From positions 1-41,437 of the forward strand of contig JBFMCE010000027.1 of assembly GCA_040754655.1 (NCBI GenBank): a DNA stretch of 41,437 bases. The letters are read 5' to 3'. Numbering within the stretch: position 1 is the stretch's first letter; each line of letters begins with the position of its first letter. The notes below the pieces were generated by a model. That model was not told where the DNA came from. It saw nothing but the letters and a program-made list of their open reading frames with translations, and made no database searches. The position numbers and the translations under genes are program-made. This document shows positions 17,930 through 26,871 of this stretch, in pieces. Source of the stretch: Bdellovibrionota bacterium (GTDB lineage: Bacteria; Bdellovibrionota; UBA1018; UBA923).

Positions 17930-18616
17930 TTAGGCTGCTCCTTTGATCGGCGTGGGTTTCTTCTCTTCAGGAACTTCTTCAAAGCTCAATTTAGAGAAGT
18001 CATCCTCGCTATCTGAATAAAGCCTGCCGTGAAGCATCGCTAAGGTTCGGCCGGCGCCTTTCTCAAGCTCATCCATCAACTTGTTGGCTCTGCCGTTAAG
18101 GATGCTGAATGCGATCATCGCTGGAATCGCAACGAGCAAACCAAGCGCGGTGGCGTTCATCGAAATCGAAATGCCTTCGGCAAGCAAGCTCTGCTTGGTC
18201 GCGGCATCGGCCGATGCAACCGCTTTGAATGAAGCGATAAGGCCGGCGATGGTTCCCAAAAGGCCTAGAAGGGTAGCGACGTTTGCGAGCATCGCCAGGT
18301 ATCCGATGCGTTGGTTGATCTGGCCTGAGCTATCAAGAATCGAGACCTCAAGCGCAGTCTTGATTTCGGCTTCGTCACGGGCGGCTTTCATGAGCCCGGC
18401 CTTTACGACCTTTGGAAGGGGTTTGTGCTCATTCGATGCGCAAAGGTCGAGCGCGCCCTGAAGGTTGCCTTTTGAAAGCAGCCCTTCGATTTTTCCCATG
18501 AAGTCTTTCGAGTCGATCGAAAGCTTGAAAAAAAGCGCCACGACCCTTTCCCAAATGAGCGCTGCTGCGATGACCCCTGCCGCGGCGATCGGAATTAAGT
18601 GAATGATGTCTTTCAT
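17930..18616 (-). CDS. MotA/TolQ/ExbB proton channel, AglR-like
   Basis: ANVATLLGLLGTIAGLIASF and LAEGISISMNATALGLLVAIPAM signatures. Confidence 0.92.
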   Translation of the reverse strand: MKDIIHLIPIAAAGVIAAALIWERVVALFFKLSIDSKDFMGKIEGLLSKGNLQGALDLCASNEHKPLPKVVKAGLMKAARDEAEIKTALEVSILDSSGQINQRIGYLAMLANVATLLGLLGTIAGLIASFKAVASADAATKQSLLAEGISISMNATALGLLVAIPAMIAFSILNGRANKLMDELEKGAGRTLAMLHGRLYSDSEDDFSKLSFEEVPEEKKPTPIKGAA

Positions 18617-18638
18617 TTTCCCAGCTCCTTTTTATGTG

Positions 18639-19730
18639 CTAACGAACAATATCTCTCGGTGTGTAGTCGATGCTGACGTAAGTGGTTGAGGTCGGTATCG
18701 CCGAACCGTGGAAGACGACTCGGTTTCCATCGACCTCATAAGTCCAGCCATTGGTCGCGCTATTTGAAACTCGATTCCCATTTTGCGTGACGACGATCGT
18801 AGATACGTCAGGCACGTCCTTCAAGATCACGGCAGTGGTGGCTTCTAAGATTTTTTCCCCTACGTTAAGCAGTCCAGCCGAGAAGTCGGCGTCACAGATG
18901 CTGGCGACTGCGCCCCCGGTCTGGGCCGCGATATCCAAAAACTTGGTTCCCACTTCTGAGAAGGGGCCAAGAGCGACGCATTCGGCTCTTGTGATGTCTT
19001 CAACAACCATTGACGAGACGAAGTAACCTCGCACTGAACCATTGTTCGGAGTTGAAATCGGGCTTTTCACGGTATCGAGGAATGACATGAGCGCGCTCAC
19101 CGTCGCCGCTGTATTGTCATCGGCGTCGCTGAACTCAATGATCGCCAAGAAGGCATCGCTTCGTAAGAAGCCGCTATTGCAGTTGCTTATGTTTGGCTCT
19201 GAGAACGCAAGTTGAACGGCATCAAGCCCATGGGCGTCTGCCGAACCAAAAAAGCCGACGTCCGCGTTCTCGCCAACCACTTGAACTCCATTTGCAGTGT
19301 CGGGAGTCACGATTTTTGGATTTGCGCCTGACGACACAAAACACGCAGCTTGTCCGCTCAAGTTAGGATCGTTGGGATTGAGCGGGTCTACGGGACGAAT
19401 GTCAGTCGTGACGACCGCGATCCGATAATCCATGCCTTTGTCTTCGAATTGATCCATGAACGAGCTGATGCTCGTGCGAAGATTGTCTTGCTTGGGGCCC
19501 ATGGTCCCTGAGTTGTCGATGACCCACAAGATATCTACCTTGTTGTTGACCAACCCATTGGTGAGAAAACCTAAATTTCGGGGTAAAACTTTAAAGCGAG
19601 GATCCCGCTGACCGCATGCGGCGGCGACAAGACTAGCGGCAACAATAAAGCACCAAGCACCACAAAGAGAGGGTTTTGATAAAAGAGAGCGCCGAGTTGA
19701 TTTCGAGGAGTAAAACTGGAAGAACTTCAT
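18639..19730 (-). CDS. vWA-domain lipoprotein (CglD-like candidate)
   Basis: Lipobox AAACG; VDILWVIDNSGTM MIDAS-like motif; FLRSDAFLAIIEFSDADD; SICDADF; RBS GAGGTG before ATG 19730. Confidence 0.75.
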   Translation of the reverse strand: MKFFQFYSSKSTRRSLLSKPSLCGAWCFIVAASLVAAACGQRDPRFKVLPRNLGFLTNGLVNNKVDILWVIDNSGTMGPKQDNLRTSISSFMDQFEDKGMDYRIAVVTTDIRPVDPLNPNDPNLSGQAACFVSSGANPKIVTPDTANGVQVVGENADVGFFGSADAHGLDAVQLAFSEPNISNCNSGFLRSDAFLAIIEFSDADDNTAATVSALMSFLDTVKSPISTPNNGSVRGYFVSSMVVEDITRAECVALGPFSEVGTKFLDIAAQTGGAVASICDADFSAGLLNVGEKILEATTAVILKDVPDVSTIVVTQNGNRVSNSATNGWTYEVDGNRVVFHGSAIPTSTTYVSIDYTPRDIVR

Positions 19731-19744
19731 AGGCACCTCACCAA

Positions 19745-19804
19745 ACTGTTATGTAATACTAACAGTGTTGATAATAGTTTACTTATTCGGTCAACTGGTC
19801 GCAA
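19745..19804 (-). promoter_or_regulatory. Sigma70-like promoter of the gliding cluster with a downstream palindromic operator
   Basis: Minus strand TTGCGA (19804-19799)-N17-TAAACT (19781-19776); perfect inverted repeat ACTGTTA-N8-TAACAGT at 19745-19766. Confidence 0.55.
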
Positions 19805-19883
19805 GTCCTTTTTCGCGCCGCGTAACTAGTTAAGATTGCAGGTAGTTTTGGAATTCGGTTAGGATGGAGGCGGAGGTGCCTGG

Positions 19884-20711
19884 TTGGACGACATATATGT
19901 GCGAACACAGCGAAAGGATTATGGTCCTTTTTCAGAACAAGAGCTCCAATCCCAAATTCGAGCAGGTCGGGTACCTCTTACCGCTTGGTTGTATCAGGAC
20001 GAAAAGTGGAGCCTGCTTTTTGAGACGACTGGTCTAGCCGAGCTGCATCCTGATTTTGAGCCCAAGCCCGAAAAACCTCCTGTGCCAAAGCAGGCAAAAA
20101 AAGCCGAGGCACTTCCTTTAACCCTCGCTTCAGCAGCGCTATCTCAGTCCACGGCATCTACGGGTGGCACGGTGTCGGCGGAACCGGTTTGGTTCGTCAT
20201 TCGAGATAAGAAAAAATCTGGCCCTTACTCTGCGGCGGACATTGTTGGGCAATTGCAACGCAAGGAATTGATGGGCAGTGCGTTTGTCTGGCGACCCGGT
20301 TTTTCAACGTGGCAGAAACTTTCACAAGTGACCGAGTTCTCTCGCGAGTCGATGAATCGGCTTGCTCGAGAGGGCACTTCGGTCGATATCTTAGTCAAAC
20401 GCAAGTTTGCGCGCGCTCCGTATGAAGTAGAAGTGATTGCTCACGACAATACGAGGGCGCTTGAGGGGAAAAGCATGGTGATCGGAGAAGGCGGGCTTTT
20501 TCTCTCGACCCCCAAACCCACTCATCCCATAGGAGCAAGATTAAAATTACATTTTCGTGAAGGAGGTGCCTCTGCGTTTAATGCAGTAGCCGAAGTGGTC
20601 TCTATTGTGAGAGGCCATATGCCAGGATACTGTTTAAAGTTTGTCGCTCTCTCGGATAGCGATCGAAAACGGATCGCGAAGTTTGTTTCGGAAAGGAGAA
20701 CTTCCTCTTGA
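19884..20711 (+). CDS. Tandem GYF_2 (DUF4339) plus PilZ domain protein
   Basis: Two GYF_2-like units (YGPFSEQEL...; WFVIRDKKKSGPYS...VWRPGFSTWQKL) and a C-terminal PilZ with RKFAR and IGEGGLFL. Confidence 0.8.
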   Translation: MDDIYVRTQRKDYGPFSEQELQSQIRAGRVPLTAWLYQDEKWSLLFETTGLAELHPDFEPKPEKPPVPKQAKKAEALPLTLASAALSQSTASTGGTVSAEPVWFVIRDKKKSGPYSAADIVGQLQRKELMGSAFVWRPGFSTWQKLSQVTEFSRESMNRLAREGTSVDILVKRKFARAPYEVEVIAHDNTRALEGKSMVIGEGGLFLSTPKPTHPIGARLKLHFREGGASAFNAVAEVVSIVRGHMPGYCLKFVALSDSDRKRIAKFVSERRTSS

Positions 20712-22024
20712 GAAAAGCTTTTGTACTCGACACCAATGTTCTGCTCTTTGATCCGGTTGCCATCCAGAAGTTCGGGGCGAATGACGTCATCATTCCCATT
20801 ACGGTCATTGAAGAGATCGACCGCTTTAAGCGCGAGATGTCTGAGAATGGACGCAATGCCCGTCACTTTTCGAGGTTGATGGACCAGATCCGCAAACAAG
20901 GCACGCTCTCTCAGGGAGTGAAGCTGACCAACGGCGCGATCCTTACCGTAGAGTTGGCGCCCGGAGGGCCGCTGCCTCCTGAGCTTTCGGGAGACAGGCC
21001 TGACAACCGTATCCTCGCTACGGCGATGAATCTGCGCAAAACCGCGCCTAAACGCCCTGTCGTCTTCGTCACCAAAGATACCAACCTGCGTATCAAGGCG
21101 GATGCGTTGGGGATCGACGCGGAAGATTATGAGCCAACGAATGTGCACTCGGAAGAGCTGTACGCCGGAATAACCACGATGAACGTGGATGCGGAGTTGG
21201 TCGATGAGTTCTACGCGCAAAAGAAGCTGCAACTCAAAGAGCACCATCTACATCCGAACCAGTACCTCATCTTGAAAGATTCGACCAATCCTCACCATAC
21301 GGCGATGGGAAGGTATAATCGCGAGATTGATTGCGTGGTGCCCATCTACAAACCGGCTGAGGGCTTATGGGGGATTTTCCCGAAGAACGCCGAGCAAAGC
21401 TTTGCCATCGATATGTTGCTCAACGATGACATCAAGCTCGTGAGCCTGGTGGGAAAAGCGGGAACAGGAAAAACCCTGCTCGCGATCGCAGCGGGCCTCG
21501 CGAAAACGGTGGATGAAGGGGTGTTTCACAGGTTGCTCGTAAGCCGCCCTGTTTTTCCGTTGGGCAAAGACATCGGTTTCTTGCCTGGCGACATCGAAGA
21601 GAAGCTCAACCCTTGGATGCAGCCGATCTTCGATAATATTGACTTCTTGTTTGGCGCAAGCCCAGTGAAGTCAAGGCGTGGAGCGGGCAAAGGATGCCAA
21701 GAGTTGATCAACCAAGGACTCTTGAACATCGAGCCTTTGACCTACATCCGTGGACGAAGCATTCCGCAGCAATTCATGATTGTGGATGAGGCGCAGAACT
21801 TAACCCCTCATGAAATCAAGACCATCATCACGCGTGCGGGCGATGGTACGAAGATCGTGCTGACGGGCGACTGTTTTCAGATCGACAACCCTTATGTCGA
21901 TTCGAACAACAACGGCTTGGCTTATGTGGTTGAACGTTTCAAAGACGAGTCGATTTCAGGTCATATTTCACTTGTGAAAGGCGAGCGCAGCAAGCTTTCA
22001 GAACTTGCCAGCAATCTGCTTTAG
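20708..22024 (+). CDS. PhoH family protein (PIN plus PhoH ATPase)
   Basis: VLDTNVLL PIN start, VTKDTNLRIKA, Walker A GKAGTGKT, IGFLPGD, TYIRGRS and DEAQN. Confidence 0.93.
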   Translation: MRKAFVLDTNVLLFDPVAIQKFGANDVIIPITVIEEIDRFKREMSENGRNARHFSRLMDQIRKQGTLSQGVKLTNGAILTVELAPGGPLPPELSGDRPDNRILATAMNLRKTAPKRPVVFVTKDTNLRIKADALGIDAEDYEPTNVHSEELYAGITTMNVDAELVDEFYAQKKLQLKEHHLHPNQYLILKDSTNPHHTAMGRYNREIDCVVPIYKPAEGLWGIFPKNAEQSFAIDMLLNDDIKLVSLVGKAGTGKTLLAIAAGLAKTVDEGVFHRLLVSRPVFPLGKDIGFLPGDIEEKLNPWMQPIFDNIDFLFGASPVKSRRGAGKGCQELINQGLLNIEPLTYIRGRSIPQQFMIVDEAQNLTPHEIKTIITRAGDGTKIVLTGDCFQIDNPYVDSNNNGLAYVVERFKDESISGHISLVKGERSKLSELASNLL

Positions 22025-22300
22025 TTGTTCATCGAGCCGGGTTTGAAGTTTTGCTTGGAACTCTTGCGAGAGTTCTTGCAAGTCTTTGAGCTCGGCTCGT
22101 TCTTCAAGCACATCCATCAGGTGTTGGCCCCTTAGGGTGACCATGATGTCGTGCGGATCCCTTTGATAAAGCTCATGATAGGCGAGCAGCTCTTGCAAGA
22201 GCTGGGTTTTATCCATCGCGAGTAGCGCTACACGGTAGGCCGCAGCCTCTTTTTGGCGCTCTTTGAGCACCCGATGCGTCTTTAAATAAACTACGTTCAT
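21998..22300 (-). CDS. Hypothetical helical protein (about 100 aa)
   Basis: Open frame from ATG 22300 (MNVVYLK) with coding-like composition; its 3' end overlaps phoH convergently by 27 bp. Confidence 0.6.
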   Translation of the reverse strand: MNVVYLKTHRVLKERQKEAAAYRVALLAMDKTQLLQELLAYHELYQRDPHDIMVTLRGQHLMDVLEERAELKDLQELSQEFQAKLQTRLDEQLKQIAGKF

Positions 22301-22330
22301 CTTAAAACCAATTCCCCTGGTCGTCTTGAG

Positions 22331-22348
22331 CAGCGTCTTAAGACGCTG
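22331..22348. repeat. Perfect 18-bp palindrome CAGCGTCTTAAGACGCTG
   Basis: Read directly from the sequence. Confidence 0.85.
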
Positions 22349-22520
22349 ATTTTCTGGATTTAAATCTAAGCAAACCACATGCCTTTGAGGGGCCGAAAGA
22401 AAACAAGGGCTTGGGTGATTGAAATGGTCGGGTTTTGGTAAAAACTACAGGGGTGAAAAACAGGGTGACAGCTTTAAGACGTGACTATCACCGCGCTAGC
22501 CGGACAAGTCTTCAGAGTCA

Positions 22521-22540
22521 ATTTATCAAATTTGATAAAT
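22521..22540. repeat. Perfect 20-bp palindrome ATTTATCAAATTTGATAAAT
   Basis: Read directly from the sequence. Confidence 0.85.
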
Positions 22541-22656
22541 CGTGCTTTTGTCTAAAAGTTCAACACCCGTCAACGCCACTTACCGGTAAGTTCAATGCCT
22601 CTAAGCTTAATTTTCTAAAAGCCAGGCTGGCTTCTAAATTGCTTTTGACCCGCGGA

Positions 22657-24090
22657 ATGTTGTCTAAGGTCCACGTGTATCCATGCTTTGCCCTGTTAGT
22701 GATCGCCATGAGCTGGTGCGCGCAGGCGCAAACGCAAATCCAAATAGACACTCATGCCGCTGAGATCAAGATCTCCTCACACCATTTCAAAATCGGTCAA
22801 AGGCGTGTTTTGGTGGAAGAAGGAACAGAAAACGGGGTGCCATACTTCAAAGTGGAATACGACCGCTACGAGAAATGGAAGTATTGGATATGGGGGCGTT
22901 CCCGCGGTGATTCTTCGTGTCCGGAAGCAGGGAGTTGTAAAGCATGGGACATCGATGACCTCGACAGAGCTTCGCAATACTGGCTAGAGACGGATGAGCT
23001 AAAGGTGGGCGGACGTTTCACAATGAAACTTTCGCCAAACGAGAGCAGAGACTGGCAAAAGCTTGCGATAATTGATGACGACGTCTTGCTGGTGCTTGAA
23101 GACAAGCTGAACCTTTTTTTTCAGAACAACTTAGCAGCGCTCAAAGAGTTAGCCCAGGCGATGGAGACCAAGCTCAAGGAGAATGGCTTCTCATATAACT
23201 TTGAGCACCCCTTAAGAAGGGGCTTCTTTCAGGTGCGAAGAATCTTAGAGAATGGCGGGAACTGGGGCGGCATAAAAAATCCATTGCTCAAAGAAAAGTT
23301 TCTCAAGGCCTATAGGGCAAATGACATCCCACTGCCCATCAATGAGTTGCGCTACTTTGATCGGCCCATCAAGACGCACCCTCTGATCGTTGTGCACGCC
23401 TCATCGATGTGGGATGGAACCGAGTCCGCGAAACCCTCCATTGATGCGCTTGTTCGAAAGTTTAAAGCAGCAAAGAAGCCTGTGATTTACCTTGTATCCG
23501 ACGATTCGATGCAAGACTTCAGCTGGTACACCGAGGATCGGAACCCGACGTTTGCCGTATATTCAGAGCGGGGCGAGCACATGCTGGAGTTTTTGAAATC
23601 GGAAGTTACGGTGGTCGGCGGTTTTTCACTTCAAGGGTGCCAAGGTCGCGCGATGACGTCGATCGTCCACAATTACTTTAAGAGAAACACCAAGCCGCTC
23701 ACACTTCATTTGCCTTTGAGGGCGATTTACTCGGCAAAAGTGAACTTCACGGAGGAATCGCCTAGGCTGGAAGCGCCTGTGAATGACTATGAGACGCGAA
23801 CCATGACCTTGTTTGAAATATTGCAGGGGTTTAGGTTTTTCGGCGGTACGAAGGGGTTTCTCGATTTCTATCGCGGGGTCGAGTTTTACAAAGACAAGAC
23901 CTATCGCGACCCTGTTCCACTGAGCGACAAACTTTATTTCGGAAACGACAAGGTTTGGTCGCGCATTACCGGCGCAGTGACGACGGAAGGGTATCAATTC
24001 CACTTTTTGTTGGATGGCAGGCCTATCGGGGATCCCCTGGGCTCAGGAAACCGGTCGGTGAAACTCAACTTCATTACTGAAGATTACTAA
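22657..24090 (+). CDS. Secreted hypothetical protein with a possible isochorismatase-like C-terminal domain
   Basis: Signal peptide after ATG 22657 (…AMSWCAQA); LIVVHAS…IDALVRKFKAAKKPVIYL…VTVVGGFSLQGC resembles the cysteine-hydrolase fold. Confidence 0.6.
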   Translation: MLSKVHVYPCFALLVIAMSWCAQAQTQIQIDTHAAEIKISSHHFKIGQRRVLVEEGTENGVPYFKVEYDRYEKWKYWIWGRSRGDSSCPEAGSCKAWDIDDLDRASQYWLETDELKVGGRFTMKLSPNESRDWQKLAIIDDDVLLVLEDKLNLFFQNNLAALKELAQAMETKLKENGFSYNFEHPLRRGFFQVRRILENGGNWGGIKNPLLKEKFLKAYRANDIPLPINELRYFDRPIKTHPLIVVHASSMWDGTESAKPSIDALVRKFKAAKKPVIYLVSDDSMQDFSWYTEDRNPTFAVYSERGEHMLEFLKSEVTVVGGFSLQGCQGRAMTSIVHNYFKRNTKPLTLHLPLRAIYSAKVNFTEESPRLEAPVNDYETRTMTLFEILQGFRFFGGTKGFLDFYRGVEFYKDKTYRDPVPLSDKLYFGNDKVWSRITGAVTTEGYQFHFLLDGRPIGDPLGSGNRSVKLNFITEDY

Positions 24091-24092
24091 TA

Positions 24093-24782
24093 CTAGCCTT
24101 TGCGAAAACGTACTTTGAACGTCGAACCTTTGCCTTCGCCTCGTGAAGTCGCTTCGATATCGCCTCCATGCGCGCGAGCCGCTTCACGCGCGATATAAAG
24201 GCTCATCTGTTTTATAGGAAGCGTGCCTGGCTTGGTTTGTGGCAAATCAAAAATGGATGCCATTCTTTCATTCGCGATGCCGCAGCCCTGGTCTGAAACT
24301 TCAAGCGTCACTTCTTCTTCCGTTTGAGCCAATGACACGTTCACTCGACTCCCGTCTCTACAATATTGAATCGCATTTTGAACGAGGGCGGTGAAAATTT
24401 GCCGGATGCGCAGTTCGTCGGTGACCGCTTGGATCGGTCCGTCTGCCTGAGATACTTTCAGTACGATATTCTTTTCCTGCGACCACGCGCTCAAAACTTC
24501 GAGGCTATCACTTAAGATCTTCTTCACGTCGGTCACGGTCCGTTCCAGCTGCAAGCCGCCCTTTTCAATCTGGGTGAGATCAACGAGATTTTGAATCAAT
24601 TGGTCGACTCGTTCCGCCGATCTGCGAATGCGTTCTATTTGTTTGATGGTACGGCTGTCGACGCTAAGCTCCTCGAGGCTCTTTGAGAGCAGATGAGAGT
24701 AGGCGATCACCACGCTGAGAGGGTTGCGCAGGTCGTGTGCGATCGAAGAGGCGAGCACTGCCTTGAAGTTTTCGTCGTTCAT
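24093..24782 (-). CDS. Sensor-less histidine kinase (HisKA plus HATPase_c) with a degenerate G2 box
   Basis: IAHDLRNPL H-box, LVQNAIQY N-box and DQGCGI G1; ATG 24782 overlaps the trhO stop. Confidence 0.8.
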   Translation of the reverse strand: MNDENFKAVLASSIAHDLRNPLSVVIAYSHLLSKSLEELSVDSRTIKQIERIRRSAERVDQLIQNLVDLTQIEKGGLQLERTVTDVKKILSDSLEVLSAWSQEKNIVLKVSQADGPIQAVTDELRIRQIFTALVQNAIQYCRDGSRVNVSLAQTEEEVTLEVSDQGCGIANERMASIFDLPQTKPGTLPIKQMSLYIAREAARAHGGDIEATSRGEGKGSTFKVRFRKG

Positions 24783-25669
24783 CCAGTCCTTCCTGCCTCG
24801 AGGATTTCCTTCGCGATCCGCTCTTTGTGCTCGATTTTCTTGCCGTTCACGCAATGGGGGCAGGTGCTCGGAGGGTTGTACGAAGCTGTTTCCTGCTCTT
24901 CTTCGGTCACCGGGTTTTGACAGTTAAAACAGAGTACTGTCGGTGTTTCATTGAGGCTTGCATCAACCGCGACGCGCTGGTCGAAGACAAAACACTCTCC
25001 TTGGTAATGGCTTCCGCCCGTTTCCTCGAAATACCGTAAAATGCCGCCATCGAGTTGGTAAACATCCTCAAACCCTTCCTTTTCAAGGAGCGCCGATGCT
25101 TTTTCGCAGCGGATGCCTCCGGTGCAGAACGTAACCACGGGTTTTCGCCTAAGGTCTGCGGGCAGTTCCTTCAATTTCAGCGGAAATTGCCTGAAGGTTT
25201 TCAAATCCATATCGATGGCGCGTTCAAACGTGCCGATGCGGACTTCGTAGTCGTTTCTCGTGTCGAGCATCACGAAATCGCGATTTTCTTGAAACCACGT
25301 CTGAAGATCCTGGGCGGAGAGTCTCTTTGCCGTGTACCTGGAGGGGTTTACTTCCGGCACACCCATCGAGATGATCTCTTTCTTTATCTTAACGAGCATT
25401 CGAGTGAACGGCTGATAGTCGGATTCACTTTCTTTGAACGGGAAGTCAGAAAAGCCCCACGTCTCGATTATTTTCTGTTTGAAGGCATCGATTGAGCGTC
25501 TGTTACCGGCGACAAAACCATTGACGCCTTCGCGCGCCAATAAAAGAGTGCCTTTCAGCGACAAAGAGACGCAAAATTCGCGTAGCGTCGCTCGAAGTTC
25601 AGGCAGGCGCTCGGCCTGGATCTCAAAAAATTTGTAGAACGAAACATTGATGAATTTCATTTTTTTCAC
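24779..25669 (-). CDS. trhO: tRNA uridine(34) hydroxylase (UPF0176 rhodanese family)
   Basis: LKGTLLLAREGVNG, DTRNDYEVRIGTF, FCTGGIRCEKAS and GECFVFDQRV. Confidence 0.9.
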   Translation of the reverse strand: MKKMKFINVSFYKFFEIQAERLPELRATLREFCVSLSLKGTLLLAREGVNGFVAGNRRSIDAFKQKIIETWGFSDFPFKESESDYQPFTRMLVKIKKEIISMGVPEVNPSRYTAKRLSAQDLQTWFQENRDFVMLDTRNDYEVRIGTFERAIDMDLKTFRQFPLKLKELPADLRRKPVVTFCTGGIRCEKASALLEKEGFEDVYQLDGGILRYFEETGGSHYQGECFVFDQRVAVDASLNETPTVLCFNCQNPVTEEEQETASYNPPSTCPHCVNGKKIEHKERIAKEILEAGRTG

Positions 25670-25677
25670 ACTTTGGC

Positions 25678-26784
25678 CTAACTTGTGCGCGGTACCGAGG
25701 CTCGGCGAAGGCGGTCAAAAATCGCATATCCCAGGGCCGTGTTCGTAGCACAAGGTTCACTAAATAGGATCTCCGCTTTAGATCTGTCAAGTGAGCGCAG
25801 CTTTGAAAAAAAATATTGCGCGGCCTCTTTGGGGCTGCTTGATAAGGGCAGGCTTTCTAGGATGACTTCACAACTGGGCAGCGACTCTTTGAGTAGGGCC
25901 TGTGTTTGAATTCCCTCAGAAAAAGACAAAAATCCCACGGTAGAGACGCTTTTGCAGCGTTCGACAAATCGACGGCGTTCCTCGTTGCTTAAGTCCCTGA
26001 GAGAGGAAGGCAAGAGGTTTAGCATCTTGGTCGGGGCATAGTGACTTGAAAGCAAGCCGGGAGCTTGTTGAGGGGTGTTCTCAGCATTACCCGGACCAAT
26101 AAGAATCTCGGCGCCGCTAGACCTTTCAAGCTCCTCGCGGCTGATCGCCCCAGGGCGCAAGAGAAAAAGCGCTCCATCAGGGTTGATCAAGAGCACTGTC
26201 GATTCCAGCCCGATTTCACAGGGGCCTCCATCGATGACCATCGGAATGCGGTCGCCCAACTCTGTGACAACATCTTGAGCAGTCGTCGGGCTAATGCGCC
26301 CGAAACGGTTTGCGCTGGGCGCGGCCAAAGGAACCCTCGCCTTCTCAATCAAGACTCTTGTGACTTCGTGTCGTGGCATGCGGATGGCTACGGTAGGCAA
26401 GCCAGCCGTGGCCAGATCGGGCACCTTTGGTGATTTTGGCAGCACAAGGGTCAATGGGCCGGGCCAAAACTCGTGGATAAGGGCGTCCGCGCGTTTTTTT
26501 GCGGTATCCGAGAACAATCGAAGATCAATGAGTTGCAGGTGATCAAGAAGGGCTAAATCGACCGGAGCTGCCCCGGAAGCAGTGACATGCACGATCAAGG
26601 GGTCAAAAGTTGGGCGTTCCTTCACAGAGAAAACCTTGGTCAAGGCGCCGACATTGAAGGCGTCTGCGGCAAGCCCATAAACGGTTTCTGTTGGTATGCC
26701 GACTACCTCGCCATCCCGCAGCAGACGAGCTGCTTGCTCAAGGCTTTCATTGGTCGGCGCATAAATTAAACCCATCAAGTCCAT
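25678..26784 (-). CDS. tsaC: L-threonylcarbamoyladenylate synthase (Sua5 type)
   Basis: PTETVYGLAADA, KERPTFDPLIVH, FWPGPLT, AAPSANRFG and APGLLSSHYAP SUA5 linker; start trimmed to ATG 26784. Confidence 0.93.
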   Translation of the reverse strand: MDLMGLIYAPTNESLEQAARLLRDGEVVGIPTETVYGLAADAFNVGALTKVFSVKERPTFDPLIVHVTASGAAPVDLALLDHLQLIDLRLFSDTAKKRADALIHEFWPGPLTLVLPKSPKVPDLATAGLPTVAIRMPRHEVTRVLIEKARVPLAAPSANRFGRISPTTAQDVVTELGDRIPMVIDGGPCEIGLESTVLLINPDGALFLLRPGAISREELERSSGAEILIGPGNAENTPQQAPGLLSSHYAPTKMLNLLPSSLRDLSNEERRRFVERCKSVSTVGFLSFSEGIQTQALLKESLPSCEVILESLPLSSSPKEAAQYFFSKLRSLDRSKAEILFSEPCATNTALGYAIFDRLRRASVPRTS

Positions 26785-26831
26785 GGCGAGTACATAACAC
26801 ACTTCAACGGTCAGGAAAATGAGGTTGAAAA

Positions 26832-26847
26832 CGGTACCGTCGTTGCA
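26832..26847 (+). promoter_or_regulatory. Sigma54 -24/-12 promoter of the DUF2231 gene
   Basis: CGGTAC-CGTCG-TTGCA (GG-N10-GC), about 25 nt before the ATG. Confidence 0.55.
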
Positions 26848-26871
26848 TGTCACAAATGCCAAGGGGGGACT

